Source: a virus
Virus record (IMG/VR): IMGVR_UViG_3300010397_000047
Location: 1-64,000 of that record
Reading direction: 5' to 3' (one strand)
DNA length: 64,000 nucleotides
Under the pieces are notes generated by a model that saw nothing but the letters and a program-made list of their open reading frames with translations, did not search any database and was not told the origin of the DNA. Positions 43,649 to 52,924 of this stretch are shown here, in pieces. The number at the start of each line of letters is the position of its first letter. Position 1 is the first letter of the stretch. A program made the position numbers and the translations under genes.

Positions 43649-45130
43649 TTACACCAGCGGTAGTTCGATCTTCCGGCCCTTCGCGGAGCCTACAGGTAGC
43701 TTCAAGTCTGCCGCGCGTACCGCATTAGCCTGCCCCGCTAGCTCGTCTCCGCAACGGGGCTTCCCTTCGCTCCCCGGCGTATCGTTCTCGCTAGCACAGT
43801 GGAGGCAACCAGAAGGCGGGCACTCTTCGACCGGGCGGAAGTTCTCCTTGTCGGAGTCCCGCGTGTAGACCGGGACAGCGTGACCGTGGCATTGGTCGGC
43901 TGTAGTGTACTCCCGCCCTATACTTACCCCAGTCTTCGACGTAATGTTACCGGCTTCGTCCCGTTCGTAGCGGTACTCGTAGCAGGTAGCGTAGGTCAGC
44001 CCGTACCTCTTCGCATAGGTGCTGTAGAGCTTATGCGCCCTTAGTCGGTAGCTTTCCTCTACGCAGCGCTGCCCGCCCTGATTGTCCGTGAATAGCTCCG
44101 CGAACTTCTTGCCTCGATCCCCGAACCGCTTGATCATTCTCTCCGCCATCGTCGGTGCCCAGGAGTACCCGGCTTCTACGAACTTGACGATGACATGATC
44201 CGCTCCAGCGTCCGCTAGGAGTTGGAAGAGGTTGATAATGTCGTCGTGGCTCGTTACGCCGGGGACGATAGGGTTACATTGTATCGAGACGTAGACCCCT
44301 GCGGCCTTTAGCCTTCGGATATCGTCTAGGTGATCGGTTAAAGGTAAGGCTCCGGGGGAGAGGGCTTTCCAATCCTCCTGGTTGCTCGTGTTAATAGACT
44401 TCTGCGCGTAGCTATGTGGGTCGATCCGCAGTAGCTCTACGGCCCAGTCGGGATAGCGAAGCCGGGATAAGAAGAAGATCGGAAGCCCGACCCTTACGAA
44501 CTCCCGCGCCGCTTCTTCCGTGTTGTGGTAGAAGGCTTCGAGGGGGAGGAACGGGTCTGTGAAGGAAGAGAAATACCCGGCTGCTCCCCTACGCATTTTA
44601 TTAAGCTGTGCCCGAATTTGCTCACCGTAAGAGAGAGGTACGGTGATAAGACCGCTTCCTCGGTAGCCCCGGAAACCTGAATTGACATAACAGAAAGCGC
44701 ATCCCACGGCGCACCAGCCTCCGTAAGGCTCTGTAAGCACTGCCTCAGTAAAGCAAGGGCGTGCTCTAGTCCCTTCGGGTTCGTGGAGTCCTTTGTACCA
44801 CCCTTGGAGCGGCTTCGCATTGTCTATCCTCGTATGGGGGTAAGGAGAGAGGTAGGCTACGACCTCCTTCCGGTTCTCTTCCTTCGCGTTGCGGGTCATC
44901 CCTATCCGAACGTCACGGACCTTCGTGCGCCCTAGATACGGGTCGTCGATTTCCCGGATCGGCCCTAGCTCTTCGCGCGGTTCCTTCGACATAAAGTAGT
45001 TATACGTCGTAGCCGCTGTATTGTCGTCGTCTCCGACGTTCTGAACCGTGATCCACGTTTGTTCTTGATCCATAAAGCCCCGCGAAATAAAAGGTAGAGG
45101 AGACGTAGACTCCGTGGCAATAGAGGGCAT
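43649..45130 (-). CDS. radical SAM enzyme (SplB / DNA-photolyase-like context)
   Basis: PYGGWCAVGCAFCYVNSGF contains the CxxxCxxC 4Fe-4S/SAM cluster motif. 493 aa. Confidence 0.8.
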   Translation of the reverse strand: MPSIATESTSPLPFISRGFMDQEQTWITVQNVGDDDNTAATTYNYFMSKEPREELGPIREIDDPYLGRTKVRDVRIGMTRNAKEENRKEVVAYLSPYPHTRIDNAKPLQGWYKGLHEPEGTRARPCFTEAVLTEPYGGWCAVGCAFCYVNSGFRGYRGSGLITVPLSYGEQIRAQLNKMRRGAAGYFSSFTDPFLPLEAFYHNTEEAAREFVRVGLPIFFLSRLRYPDWAVELLRIDPHSYAQKSINTSNQEDWKALSPGALPLTDHLDDIRRLKAAGVYVSIQCNPIVPGVTSHDDIINLFQLLADAGADHVIVKFVEAGYSWAPTMAERMIKRFGDRGKKFAELFTDNQGGQRCVEESYRLRAHKLYSTYAKRYGLTYATCYEYRYERDEAGNITSKTGVSIGREYTTADQCHGHAVPVYTRDSDKENFRPVEECPPSGCLHCASENDTPGSEGKPRCGDELAGQANAVRAADLKLPVGSAKGRKIELPLV

Positions 45131-45224
45131 TGGAGACTAACGAGGCCAAGCCGGATCGGTTAGAATCCTGCCGCTCGGAGGCTTACACGTTAGCGGCTCC
45201 GCCCAGAGCATTGAGCTAGCTCCT

Positions 45225-45779
45225 CTACCTAAGCCAACTGAGGACGATCTTAGGAGCCTGTTCGGGAGAGCATCGCCGGCAGTCTACCCCGGCTTCGAGG
45301 AGCTTCCCCCGCGCCCTCTCTATAGTAGCGACTCGATTGACCGTGTTCCGGGGGTCTAGCTCTTTTTCGTTCCCGGCTTCGGCCCTCCGGCTTTTTATCT
45401 GCGCTAGGCACCGCTCTATCGGGGTCGTAAGGAAGAGGACGCGGAGATTCTTTAGCTGCACGCTCCACTTCGTATCTTCGGAGAGGAGAAGCCCTTCGCA
45501 GATTACGAACCGGGCCTTACACTGGATCGACTCGATAAGCTCGAAGACCTCCCGCGCGGAGCCTATCGTATCGCAGCCCCCGCACGGAGATTCGTAGTGG
45601 CCGAGGACGATTACCCGCGTCTCCGGCTCCTCCCCGTACTCGTAGTAGAGAGGCTGCTTACGCTTCGCCACGTAGACCGGATCGAAGCGGGCGTTAGACC
45701 CGGCTACAAAGCCCTCCATTATCCTTCGGACGGCTGTAGACTTCCCTGAGCCGGACGTACCGCGTAGTTGGATGATCAT
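45225..45779 (-). CDS. P-loop kinase, candidate 5-hmdU DNA kinase
   Basis: Walker A LRGTSGSGKST at the extreme N-terminus and Walker B-like FVICEGLLL. 184 aa, in the same operon as the aGPT-Pplase-like gene. Confidence 0.55.
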   Translation of the reverse strand: MIIQLRGTSGSGKSTAVRRIMEGFVAGSNARFDPVYVAKRKQPLYYEYGEEPETRVIVLGHYESPCGGCDTIGSAREVFELIESIQCKARFVICEGLLLSEDTKWSVQLKNLRVLFLTTPIERCLAQIKSRRAEAGNEKELDPRNTVNRVATIERARGKLLEAGVDCRRCSPEQAPKIVLSWLR

Positions 45780-45991
45780 TAGGAGTACCCTGACCCGTTA
45801 GTGGTATCTGTGATTAGCTCCTCTATCGTCCGCTTCTGGTCCGGGGTAAAGCCGTTAACCTTTCTAAGAACGTCCTTGGCTAGCCCACTGCGAGAGAACG
45901 CCAGAGGCTTATCCTCTAGTAAAGCTATTCTTACGTCTCTCATAGAGAGGAGATTATGAAGGGCCTGGAACTCCTCGAAAGTTAGTTGCAT
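45779..45991 (-). CDS. hypothetical small protein
   Basis: 70-aa ORF with a coupled (ATGA-type) junction to the kinase gene. Confidence 0.25.
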   Translation of the reverse strand: MQLTFEEFQALHNLLSMRDVRIALLEDKPLAFSRSGLAKDVLRKVNGFTPDQKRTIEELITDTTNGSGYS

Positions 45992-45996
45992 AGCCG

Positions 45997-46200
45997 CTAT
46001 CCTCCTAACTTACTCTCTAGTTCTTCGATCTGTTTCTGTAGCTGCCCTATTGCATGCTGGCTCTCTACCCGGAGCCGGGCTAGCTCCGACGAAAGGTTAG
46101 CTACCTCCGCTTTGAGGGCCTGCACCGCCGTGTTCGCGTTATAGGCGTTAGACTTCGCGTTGTTAATAATAGCCCGGTCTTCTGAAGATAGCTTAGACAC
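45997..46200 (-). CDS. small coiled-coil protein
   Basis: 67-aa heptad-rich ORF. Confidence 0.25.
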   Translation of the reverse strand: MSKLSSEDRAIINNAKSNAYNANTAVQALKAEVANLSSELARLRVESQHAIGQLQKQIEELESKLGG

Positions 46201-47155
46201 CGGCGTACCTCCTCTTCATCTTACCGTCCTCCGCTAGCGCCCGCTCGTACTTGTCGTACTCGCATAGGGAGTGCTCTATCTCCCGCATTTCGAAGGGGGG
46301 CATCTTCGGTAGCCGCTGTCGGACGACCTGGAGGAGAGTCTTCATCCGCTCTAGCCAGTCCTTCGGGAGCGGAGGAGACGTTGCGTTATTACCCTTCGGG
46401 AAGTCCTCTCCAGCGATACGAAGGAGACCCCTAGCACATCCAGGGCCGGGGTTACACCAGGTCAGTTTATCCGGCGCGTTCTCTAGGAGGTAAGTATACC
46501 GTAGATCGCAAACAATTTCGTAGGCCATAAAGCCTCCTAGACCGTCGAAGGCCGTAAGCCTTCTGTGTACGGCTTCCATTGAGCAGGAGGCCCCCGGATC
46601 GTTAATCGTCGGGTGCTCTGGCTCTACGTTCTGTAGTAGCTCCTTCCGCGCCTCCCACACGTTCGTAATACGCCGGAGGATAGCCGTTAGCTTAGGCTCC
46701 CCTGCCGGAGAGTTAATCATGTAGGCCCCGGTGAAGATCGGGCTTCGACCCTCTAAGCGGAGCCTAGCTTCCTTCGGGTCCCATTCGACGAGGAGGTTAG
46801 TACGGAAGCCGTCTCGTACCCCGTCTTTCGTCCCCATTAGCACGTCTGCCGTAGCCGGTAGGTTAAACCAACGGAAGGCTACCGTAGCGAAGAGTACGCG
46901 CGGATCGTCTCGAAGAGGCTCCCTGATATGAGTACGAAACCACTGCGTAACCTTATCGTTCTCCCGGTACGGATTCGTGAAGAAGAACTTCTGTAGTACC
47001 TCGTCGTCAGTCCAAGGCTTCGGCTTCCCGGCCCTACGGCGGAGGTAGACCTGGTGCCGCTCTCGTATCCAGTAGAGGAACCTTTCGAGCGGAGAGAGCT
47101 TCTTAACGTCGGCTGTCTTCATTGAGTCACCCCGCTCCCCTTGCAAGGATAGCAA
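46193..47155 (-). CDS. alpha-glutamyl/putrescinyl thymine pyrophosphorylase (aGPT-Pplase) clade-1-like DNA base hypermodification protein
   Basis: ERFLYWIRERHQVYLRRRAGKPKPWTDDEVLQKFFFTNPYRENDKVTQWF matches my recollection of the family signature (RERH.I..+R..G.P.PWT.D.IL..f.F.N.YRE.D+vT.W). The start may instead be the downstream MKTADV. Confidence 0.6.
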   Translation of the reverse strand: MLSLQGERGDSMKTADVKKLSPLERFLYWIRERHQVYLRRRAGKPKPWTDDEVLQKFFFTNPYRENDKVTQWFRTHIREPLRDDPRVLFATVAFRWFNLPATADVLMGTKDGVRDGFRTNLLVEWDPKEARLRLEGRSPIFTGAYMINSPAGEPKLTAILRRITNVWEARKELLQNVEPEHPTINDPGASCSMEAVHRRLTAFDGLGGFMAYEIVCDLRYTYLLENAPDKLTWCNPGPGCARGLLRIAGEDFPKGNNATSPPLPKDWLERMKTLLQVVRQRLPKMPPFEMREIEHSLCEYDKYERALAEDGKMKRRYAGV

Positions 47156-47526
47156 GTATCGTCGTTCGAATTACGCCCGCTCCCTAGACAGGCCTTGCAG
47201 CGGAAGTTCGTCCGTATCCAGTCCTCTACTTCGTTGACGACCTTAATATACTCTCGCGAGGGGGACATAGAGACCTCCTGCCCGATAGAGTAGGCTTCCC
47301 AGACCTTATCCCGTAGCTCCCTCGGTAGCCGCATCCAATGGCTGTAGCAGCCCCACATAGCCGGAGGTACGGTCTTAGTACAGCCGGGATAATGACAATG
47401 ATGATCCCTCGTCTGTCCTTGGCCCTTAACGTAGGCTACCTTCTCCTCCTTCGTAACGACGGGGGCCGGAGTATTCTTACGAAGAGGTTTTGGCGGAGTC
47501 TTCATAACGTCATTCCCTCCCCCCAA
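47119..47526 (-). CDS. zinc-binding protein with DnaJ-type CxxCxGxG repeat
   Basis: HHCHYPGCTK...WGCYSHW and C-terminal CKACLGSG...CYPCKGSG. Confidence 0.35.
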   Translation of the reverse strand: MGGGNDVMKTPPKPLRKNTPAPVVTKEEKVAYVKGQGQTRDHHCHYPGCTKTVPPAMWGCYSHWMRLPRELRDKVWEAYSIGQEVSMSPSREYIKVVNEVEDWIRTNFRCKACLGSGRNSNDDTCYPCKGSGVTQ

Positions 47527-49565
47527 TTGTTAGCGTGGTATTCGATTCCGACCGGCGTAGGTATCCCGAAGTCGGCTCCCCCTAGCTCCATTGTCTTCGC
47601 TATCTCCTTAATCCGACCTAAGTTGGTCATCCAAGGCCGGAGACCCCTACCGCGCGGGAAGTCGAATACCATTTCGTCGTGTACCTGGAGCGTAATGTAG
47701 TAGCCGCGCGGGTCTTTCCTAGTCCACTCCTCTAGGATCGGGGCGCAGCGTATCATGGCCTTCATCGTCCACCACATCGCCGATCCTTGGATATGATAGT
47801 TAAGCGGTACGGTCGGAAGGATATCTCCCCACTCGGAGCGGGTGCATAGGAGCGGATAGCCGCGCTCCGGGTCTACCGTCCGGTCGGGGATCGTCTCTAC
47901 ATATCCGTACTGCTTCGCGAAGCGTATCCATTTTTGGTTCAGGGCTTCCTTCTTCTCGAACCTAGCTAGGAGCTTGGCGTGAGACCCCGGACGACCGAAA
48001 GCCCGGTCAGCCGTCCCCTTACCGTCCGCTCGGTTCACGGCCCCGTATCCTACCGCGAAGTCTCCGTTCTTACATCGTTGATACCAAGACGCAGCGTACT
48101 TCTTCTTACAGTAAGGCCCGGCCTTATCTAGCCCGACCTCCTTAACCGCCGCTGCCCATAGGTCTTCGTAGACGATAGAGAAGTTGAGTATATGTTCCGA
48201 CCCGTAGTAAGGAGGGTCTTTCTCCCGCTCAAACAGGTCTATCAGGTCTTTCTCCCCGCACTCGTAAGCGGGTAGTCGTAGTTCAATGTTCTTCGCGTCT
48301 ATGCTCCACCACTCCCTATCCGGCCCTGGTCCAAAGGCTTCCCGTAGATTCGTCTCCTCCTTCTTACTGACCTGCTGCCCGTTCGGATTGTAGCTGGCGA
48401 AGCGGAGCGTATCAGTGCCGGTAGGGTTAAGCGCCGGATAGATTCGGAACGTGTCGGGGTCGTTCGTAGGGAGCATGAACTTGTCGTAGCTCGCTAGGAA
48501 GCCTAGGGCCGTTCCTTTACCCCTCCAGCGAACTAGATTCTGGATAAACGAGAGCGGCTTACTGTGCGGCTCTAACGTCGCTAGGTAGTGCGGGATAGCT
48601 ACCTTGCTATCGAGACTAGGGTTGGTCGTCTTCGCCTTCGGGTTAGGGATCGGCTCTAGCTTCATAACCTCGAAGCAGAACTGCCTTAGCGAATTGTTAA
48701 CCGCCCCCTTCGGTAGCTTTAGATCGAAGCCGTAGGAGGAGGCTAGGTTAACGCACTTCCGGGCACAGGACTCTTGATCCTCCCTATAGCTGACCTCTAA
48801 CCGGTTCTTCCTAGCCCGGCTCCCCGTCAGCCCGCAGTTCTCGATAGAGTGCACTACCGGGAGGACTTTTAGCCGCTCCCGGTAGATGTTCCAGAGCTTC
48901 CTTCGCTCTATTTCTATCTTCATCTTCTTCCACAGCGCGAGCGTTACCGCGCTATCTGCGTTAGCGTACTCGCGGAGGACCGTGTACCAAGGGTGATCGG
49001 GGGGATACCCCTGCTTGAGGGCTAGGGTTCTCGGCAACCAGGAGTCGTTCTTCCATGGCTTCTCCTCGTCTCGTTGTGAGCCCCCTTTAACCGAGGGCAT
49101 AGTTGCTAGCCCTTCCTCCGCTAGCTTCCAATCCGGGAAGGTCTTCTTTACTAGCTTCCGGGCCTCCGTACAAGCCTCCTTTAGCCTCTCTTCGTAGGGC
49201 GCGATGTCTACGCCTAGGTAGACGAGAGCCATTGAAGTAAGATCGTGAGGCTGATTCGACGCGAGAAGGTGCCCGGCTAGGAGCGTATCGTAGGTCCGGC
49301 TCCAATCCCACGGGGTCTTACGGTGCCACACCGTCTCTAGCGCCTTAACGTCGAACTTCGCATTTTGTAGTACGACCTCCTCCGCGTCTACCCGAACGCT
49401 AATCTCGAACAAGTCCCCCTTCGGTATATTCGGTTCCCGCGTTAACGGGTCTACGTCCCATTCCCAGTAAAGCTGATCCCCGTTCTCTTCGCAGATAGTC
49501 ACGAAGAACGGCTTAGCCCCGTGCTTTAGGTCTACTCCGGTCGTTTCGGTATCTAGGGAGATCAT
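47502..49565 (-). CDS. family A DNA polymerase with 3'-5' exonuclease domain
   Basis: ExoI ISLDTETTG. Motif A SIDAKNIELR, motif B RCKNGDFAVGYG and motif C LQVHDEMVF. Confidence 0.9.
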   Translation of the reverse strand: MISLDTETTGVDLKHGAKPFFVTICEENGDQLYWEWDVDPLTREPNIPKGDLFEISVRVDAEEVVLQNAKFDVKALETVWHRKTPWDWSRTYDTLLAGHLLASNQPHDLTSMALVYLGVDIAPYEERLKEACTEARKLVKKTFPDWKLAEEGLATMPSVKGGSQRDEEKPWKNDSWLPRTLALKQGYPPDHPWYTVLREYANADSAVTLALWKKMKIEIERRKLWNIYRERLKVLPVVHSIENCGLTGSRARKNRLEVSYREDQESCARKCVNLASSYGFDLKLPKGAVNNSLRQFCFEVMKLEPIPNPKAKTTNPSLDSKVAIPHYLATLEPHSKPLSFIQNLVRWRGKGTALGFLASYDKFMLPTNDPDTFRIYPALNPTGTDTLRFASYNPNGQQVSKKEETNLREAFGPGPDREWWSIDAKNIELRLPAYECGEKDLIDLFEREKDPPYYGSEHILNFSIVYEDLWAAAVKEVGLDKAGPYCKKKYAASWYQRCKNGDFAVGYGAVNRADGKGTADRAFGRPGSHAKLLARFEKKEALNQKWIRFAKQYGYVETIPDRTVDPERGYPLLCTRSEWGDILPTVPLNYHIQGSAMWWTMKAMIRCAPILEEWTRKDPRGYYITLQVHDEMVFDFPRGRGLRPWMTNLGRIKEIAKTMELGGADFGIPTPVGIEYHANNWGEGMTL

Positions 49566-49591
49566 TGCGCGTAGGCTCCGCCGTAGAAATG

Positions 49592-49624
49592 CTACGGCCT
49601 AGGGTATCCGTCTCTAGGCCGTAG
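49592..49624 (-). terminator. strong intergenic hairpin (11-bp perfect stem)
   Basis: CTACGGCCTAG-N11-CTAGGCCGTAG between 49649..50731 and the polymerase gene. There is no clear U-tract, so it may be an attenuator or processing site rather than a full terminator. Confidence 0.35.
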
Positions 49625-49648
49625 CTCCCCTCAAACCACTGCTTCGCG

Positions 49649-50731
49649 TTACGCCGCTCCTTCGAGGGAGTCCCACTTCACCTTCTTGTACACGACCTTC
49701 GGGTTGTCGAGGTTCTTTAGCGAGACGGTCTGCTCTGCCTCTTCGACCGTAGCCACTTCGCACTCGACTCCCTTCTCAGCGGGCTTCTTCGTCTTCGGGT
49801 TGACCGGCTTGTAGAGGTAGACCTCGCCTACTTCCGGCTTCCATTCGGCCCCGGTAGTCGTAGCGGAAGCCGTAGCGGTAGCCCCGCCCTTCTTCGCCGC
49901 TTCGATCATCGCCGCAATCGCTGCCCAGTTAGCCGCGTTGGCTACCTGATCGTCGGGGATACCGGCTTCGGCAGCTAGCTCAGAGAGCTTATTCATAGCC
50001 GCTTCGTCCGAGGCGTTATCTGCGGCTACCGCGAGGGCGTTCACGTCCGGCTCCTCCGGCTGCTTCGGAGCCGTGGCTGCCTTCGTCGGGGGCTTCGGCG
50101 GGATATCCGTAGGCGGAGAGAGAGTCGTGGAAGTCTGCGTAGGTGTCCCGGAGCTTCCTTCGACCACGGCAGGCCCGCCTTCGTCCGGGGTAAAGTCTAC
50201 GACCCCGTTCCACTGGTGATTCACGCGGGGGTTCGGGTAATCCTTCGTAGCCTCCCCCTTCCACGTGCGGAACTTGAAGAAGGGCGCAGCCTCCTTCAGC
50301 GCGGCTACCGTCCCCTCTAAGTCCTCGAACTGCATCTGCGTCGTGTCGATACCGAGCTTACGAAGCTCGTTATAAATCCAGGCCAGGTGATCGTCCACGG
50401 TCTTCCGGGAGCGAGTCGGAGTCGGATAGAGCGGCTCGGTAATCGAGGTGCGGAGACCTTCGACGTGAACCTTACCGTTCTTCGTCTCGACATCGACAGG
50501 AATATGAACCGTGCCGGCTGCGTAGAAGTAATACTCCCCCGCGTTATCCTTCCCGGCCTTGACCTGATCGAACTTAATATCCACGAGCTGCGCGATGCCG
50601 TTCTCGATCCCTTCGGGAAGCTCCCCGAATTCGGAGTACGTCGTCTCGTCCGCCTTGTGCGCTTCGTGCGCCTTCTTCAGCGTATCGCCCATCTTGGCGT
50701 AGAGTCCGCTTTTTCCTTTTTGAACCGGCAT
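49649..50731 (-). CDS. putative ssDNA-binding / recombination accessory protein
   Basis: Call rests on position only (between the Sak4-like ATPase and polymerase genes). Low-complexity Pro/Thr/Ala linker, then a C-terminal domain. Confidence 0.25.
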   Translation of the reverse strand: MPVQKGKSGLYAKMGDTLKKAHEAHKADETTYSEFGELPEGIENGIAQLVDIKFDQVKAGKDNAGEYYFYAAGTVHIPVDVETKNGKVHVEGLRTSITEPLYPTPTRSRKTVDDHLAWIYNELRKLGIDTTQMQFEDLEGTVAALKEAAPFFKFRTWKGEATKDYPNPRVNHQWNGVVDFTPDEGGPAVVEGSSGTPTQTSTTLSPPTDIPPKPPTKAATAPKQPEEPDVNALAVAADNASDEAAMNKLSELAAEAGIPDDQVANAANWAAIAAMIEAAKKGGATATASATTTGAEWKPEVGEVYLYKPVNPKTKKPAEKGVECEVATVEEAEQTVSLKNLDNPKVVYKKVKWDSLEGAA

Positions 50732-50777
50732 ACTAGGTCTCCTTGCGTTACGGTAGGTTGAAGGGGCTAAATGACGA

Positions 50778-51677
50778 TCATCGCCCTCGTATTAGCTCAT
50801 ATATCTTACTAAAGTCCGGGTCTACGATTTCAGTAGGCAGGGTACGGCCCTTCGGTAGCCGGAACTTCGTAGTGAAGACCGGGTCAGGGGCCGTCCGTAG
50901 ACAATACTCGACCTCCCCCGCTACGACCTGAGTAGTGCTAATAGTCTTCGCCAGCTTCCCTACTCCGACCGTCGTTTGCTTCTGAACTGTCTTTAACCGA
51001 ATGTACGTTTGGCAGATGTAGTCTACCGCCGTATTAAGCCAGCCGGTTAGGGACGGAGTAAGCCCGGAGCCTACCGAAGGCAGGATAAGATCGCTCGTAC
51101 CCTCGGTATTGAACTCCCTCTCCTGCGCAACTATTACGACGTGAGATGATAGGCCGAGGAGGGCGCGAAGGAACTCCTTGCATTGTAAGGCTAGTTGACC
51201 GTACTGCTGTTGGCTAGCTAGGCCCCAGGTCTTCTGCGCCGGGATTTCCTCCAGCCCTAGTATCTCCTTTAGAACTAAGTCCTGAAACCCTGTCGCGTGA
51301 TCGAGGACGACCGTCTTGAATTGACCGGAGGAGGAGACGTAGCCTACTATCTCTAGTAGCTCCTTCGACTCGTTAAGGACGACCTGGCTGATTTGCCCCC
51401 GGTTCTCCGGCGTATCGAGGCTCCTAAGCTCTCCGGGCTTCGATCCCCCGGAGCAAATCACGGCGAGGATCGGCTTAGGGAAAGTCCCCCACAGCGTCGT
51501 CTTCCCCGTCCCGCTTCGACCGTAGAGGTTGATCTTTATCCCTTCGTTCGCGTCGAAGCCTATCGGGGCTATCCGGCTAAGTACCGAACCGTTAGGTAAC
51601 GGCGTTGTCGGGGTCGAAGCACTCGTGATCGTCGGAGTAGGCTTCGGCGCGGTCTGGCGTTGCGGTCGTACTGGCAT
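50778..51677 (-). CDS. AAA_24 / Sak4-like RecA-fold ATPase
   Basis: KINLYGRSGTGKTTLWGTFPKP Walker A and VVLDHATG Walker B-like. Sits next to the exonuclease gene. Confidence 0.65.
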   Translation of the reverse strand: MPVRPQRQTAPKPTPTITSASTPTTPLPNGSVLSRIAPIGFDANEGIKINLYGRSGTGKTTLWGTFPKPILAVICSGGSKPGELRSLDTPENRGQISQVVLNESKELLEIVGYVSSSGQFKTVVLDHATGFQDLVLKEILGLEEIPAQKTWGLASQQQYGQLALQCKEFLRALLGLSSHVVIVAQEREFNTEGTSDLILPSVGSGLTPSLTGWLNTAVDYICQTYIRLKTVQKQTTVGVGKLAKTISTTQVVAGEVEYCLRTAPDPVFTTKFRLPKGRTLPTEIVDPDFSKIYELIRGR

Positions 51678-51861
51678 CCTTGATCTCCTGAAGAATCTGG
51701 CTTAGCTTGTCTCTCAACGGTTCGATATCATCCTCGTTAATAACGATTGTATCCCCGTCGTCGGAGTCTCTCAACACAAGGTGTCGGAAGCCTCCAGCTG
51801 GTTTAGAGTCCAGCCTTAGATCGTGAGTCCCTATTATCTCTTCGAACATTGAGCTCGTCAT
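51592..51861 (-). CDS. hypothetical acidic protein
   Basis: 89-aa ORF; the start probably lies further downstream because of the overlap. Confidence 0.25.
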   Translation of the reverse strand: MTSSMFEEIIGTHDLRLDSKPAGGFRHLVLRDSDDGDTIVINEDDIEPLRDKLSQILQEIKDASTTATPDRAEAYSDDHECFDPDNAVT

Positions 51862-52922
51862 CCTAGCTCCTCGAATAACTTCTCGCGTCTCTCCAGCCCG
51901 ACCTCCGAACCGGTATCGAGGTACTCGTCTAGGTCCGAAGAGCCTCCTTCGTCGAGGACGTTGTAGACTCCGAACGGGTGACGCCAGTGTAGCGGAGGAG
52001 AGACGAACTCTTGTAGCCGGTGCGGGTTAGTTAATGTGTCGTACCATCCGCATACGTTCTCTAGGATCGGGTCGAGGCACTCGCTTCGGAACTTCGCTAT
52101 GTCGGCTTCCGATATCTCTACCTTCCACCGGGCGAACCATTCGCCGATTCTACCCGCCGCGCGGTCCTCCTCTAGCTTCTTCAGCATAGACTCTACAGAC
52201 TTATGAGCGGATCGGCGGACTACGTTATAGCGAACCCCTCCGAACGGGCACTCGTACTCGTCCTCTCCGCAGACGTGGGCTACGGTATAGAGCATCGTCT
52301 GTAGGTCGAACTTGAGCTGCCGGGTTATCTTTAGGCCGTCTATACTGCTCTTCGTCTTGTTCTCTTGAAGAAAGACCTTCGCCCCCCGCCCGGTCCCAAT
52401 GATATCCCCACCGTCCTGCTTGCCCCGAAGCCGAACTATCCGACCCGAAGGCAGCTTGTAGCTAACGTCGAAGACCTTCTCCTGAAACAACGGGGTCCGG
52501 TCTACCACGTCCGGGTGCGCCTTCCAATAATCGACGTAGAGAGGGAAGGTCGCTAGGCACATCTGGTACCAATGCTCTACCTGCTCCTGCTGTAGTCGGT
52601 GCTTAGTACAGAGAGCGGAGCCGTAGAGCTTTAGGGCTAACTTCCAATCCCGGTTCCCGCCTAGCGCCTCCTCGCAGGTATGCCACATGTGCCCGTAGTC
52701 GATAGGGGCGTAGAACCTCTCCGGTACGTCTAGCCCCTCGATGTACTTGACCCGGAACCTTTCCCGGCAGACTAGGAAGGTAGAGAGCATCGAGTAGGAG
52801 ATACCGTCTACCTCCGGCCCCTTCCACAGCGGCTCTCTTCTCCGCTCTCCGGGCTTCCGCGCCCCCTGAGATTCGAGCTTGCTCGCTAGGCCGGTCTTCG
52901 CTTTCTTCGGGATCGTAGGCAC
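51858..52922 (-). CDS. PD-(D/E)XK exonuclease (RecB/Cas4-like)
   Basis: GKQDGGD...VFLQENKTKSS provides a D...E-x-K core. Sits in a recombination module with the Sak4-like ATPase. Confidence 0.55.
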   Translation of the reverse strand: MPTIPKKAKTGLASKLESQGARKPGERRREPLWKGPEVDGISYSMLSTFLVCRERFRVKYIEGLDVPERFYAPIDYGHMWHTCEEALGGNRDWKLALKLYGSALCTKHRLQQEQVEHWYQMCLATFPLYVDYWKAHPDVVDRTPLFQEKVFDVSYKLPSGRIVRLRGKQDGGDIIGTGRGAKVFLQENKTKSSIDGLKITRQLKFDLQTMLYTVAHVCGEDEYECPFGGVRYNVVRRSAHKSVESMLKKLEEDRAAGRIGEWFARWKVEISEADIAKFRSECLDPILENVCGWYDTLTNPHRLQEFVSPPLHWRHPFGVYNVLDEGGSSDLDEYLDTGSEVGLERREKLFEELG

Positions 52923-52924
52923 GG

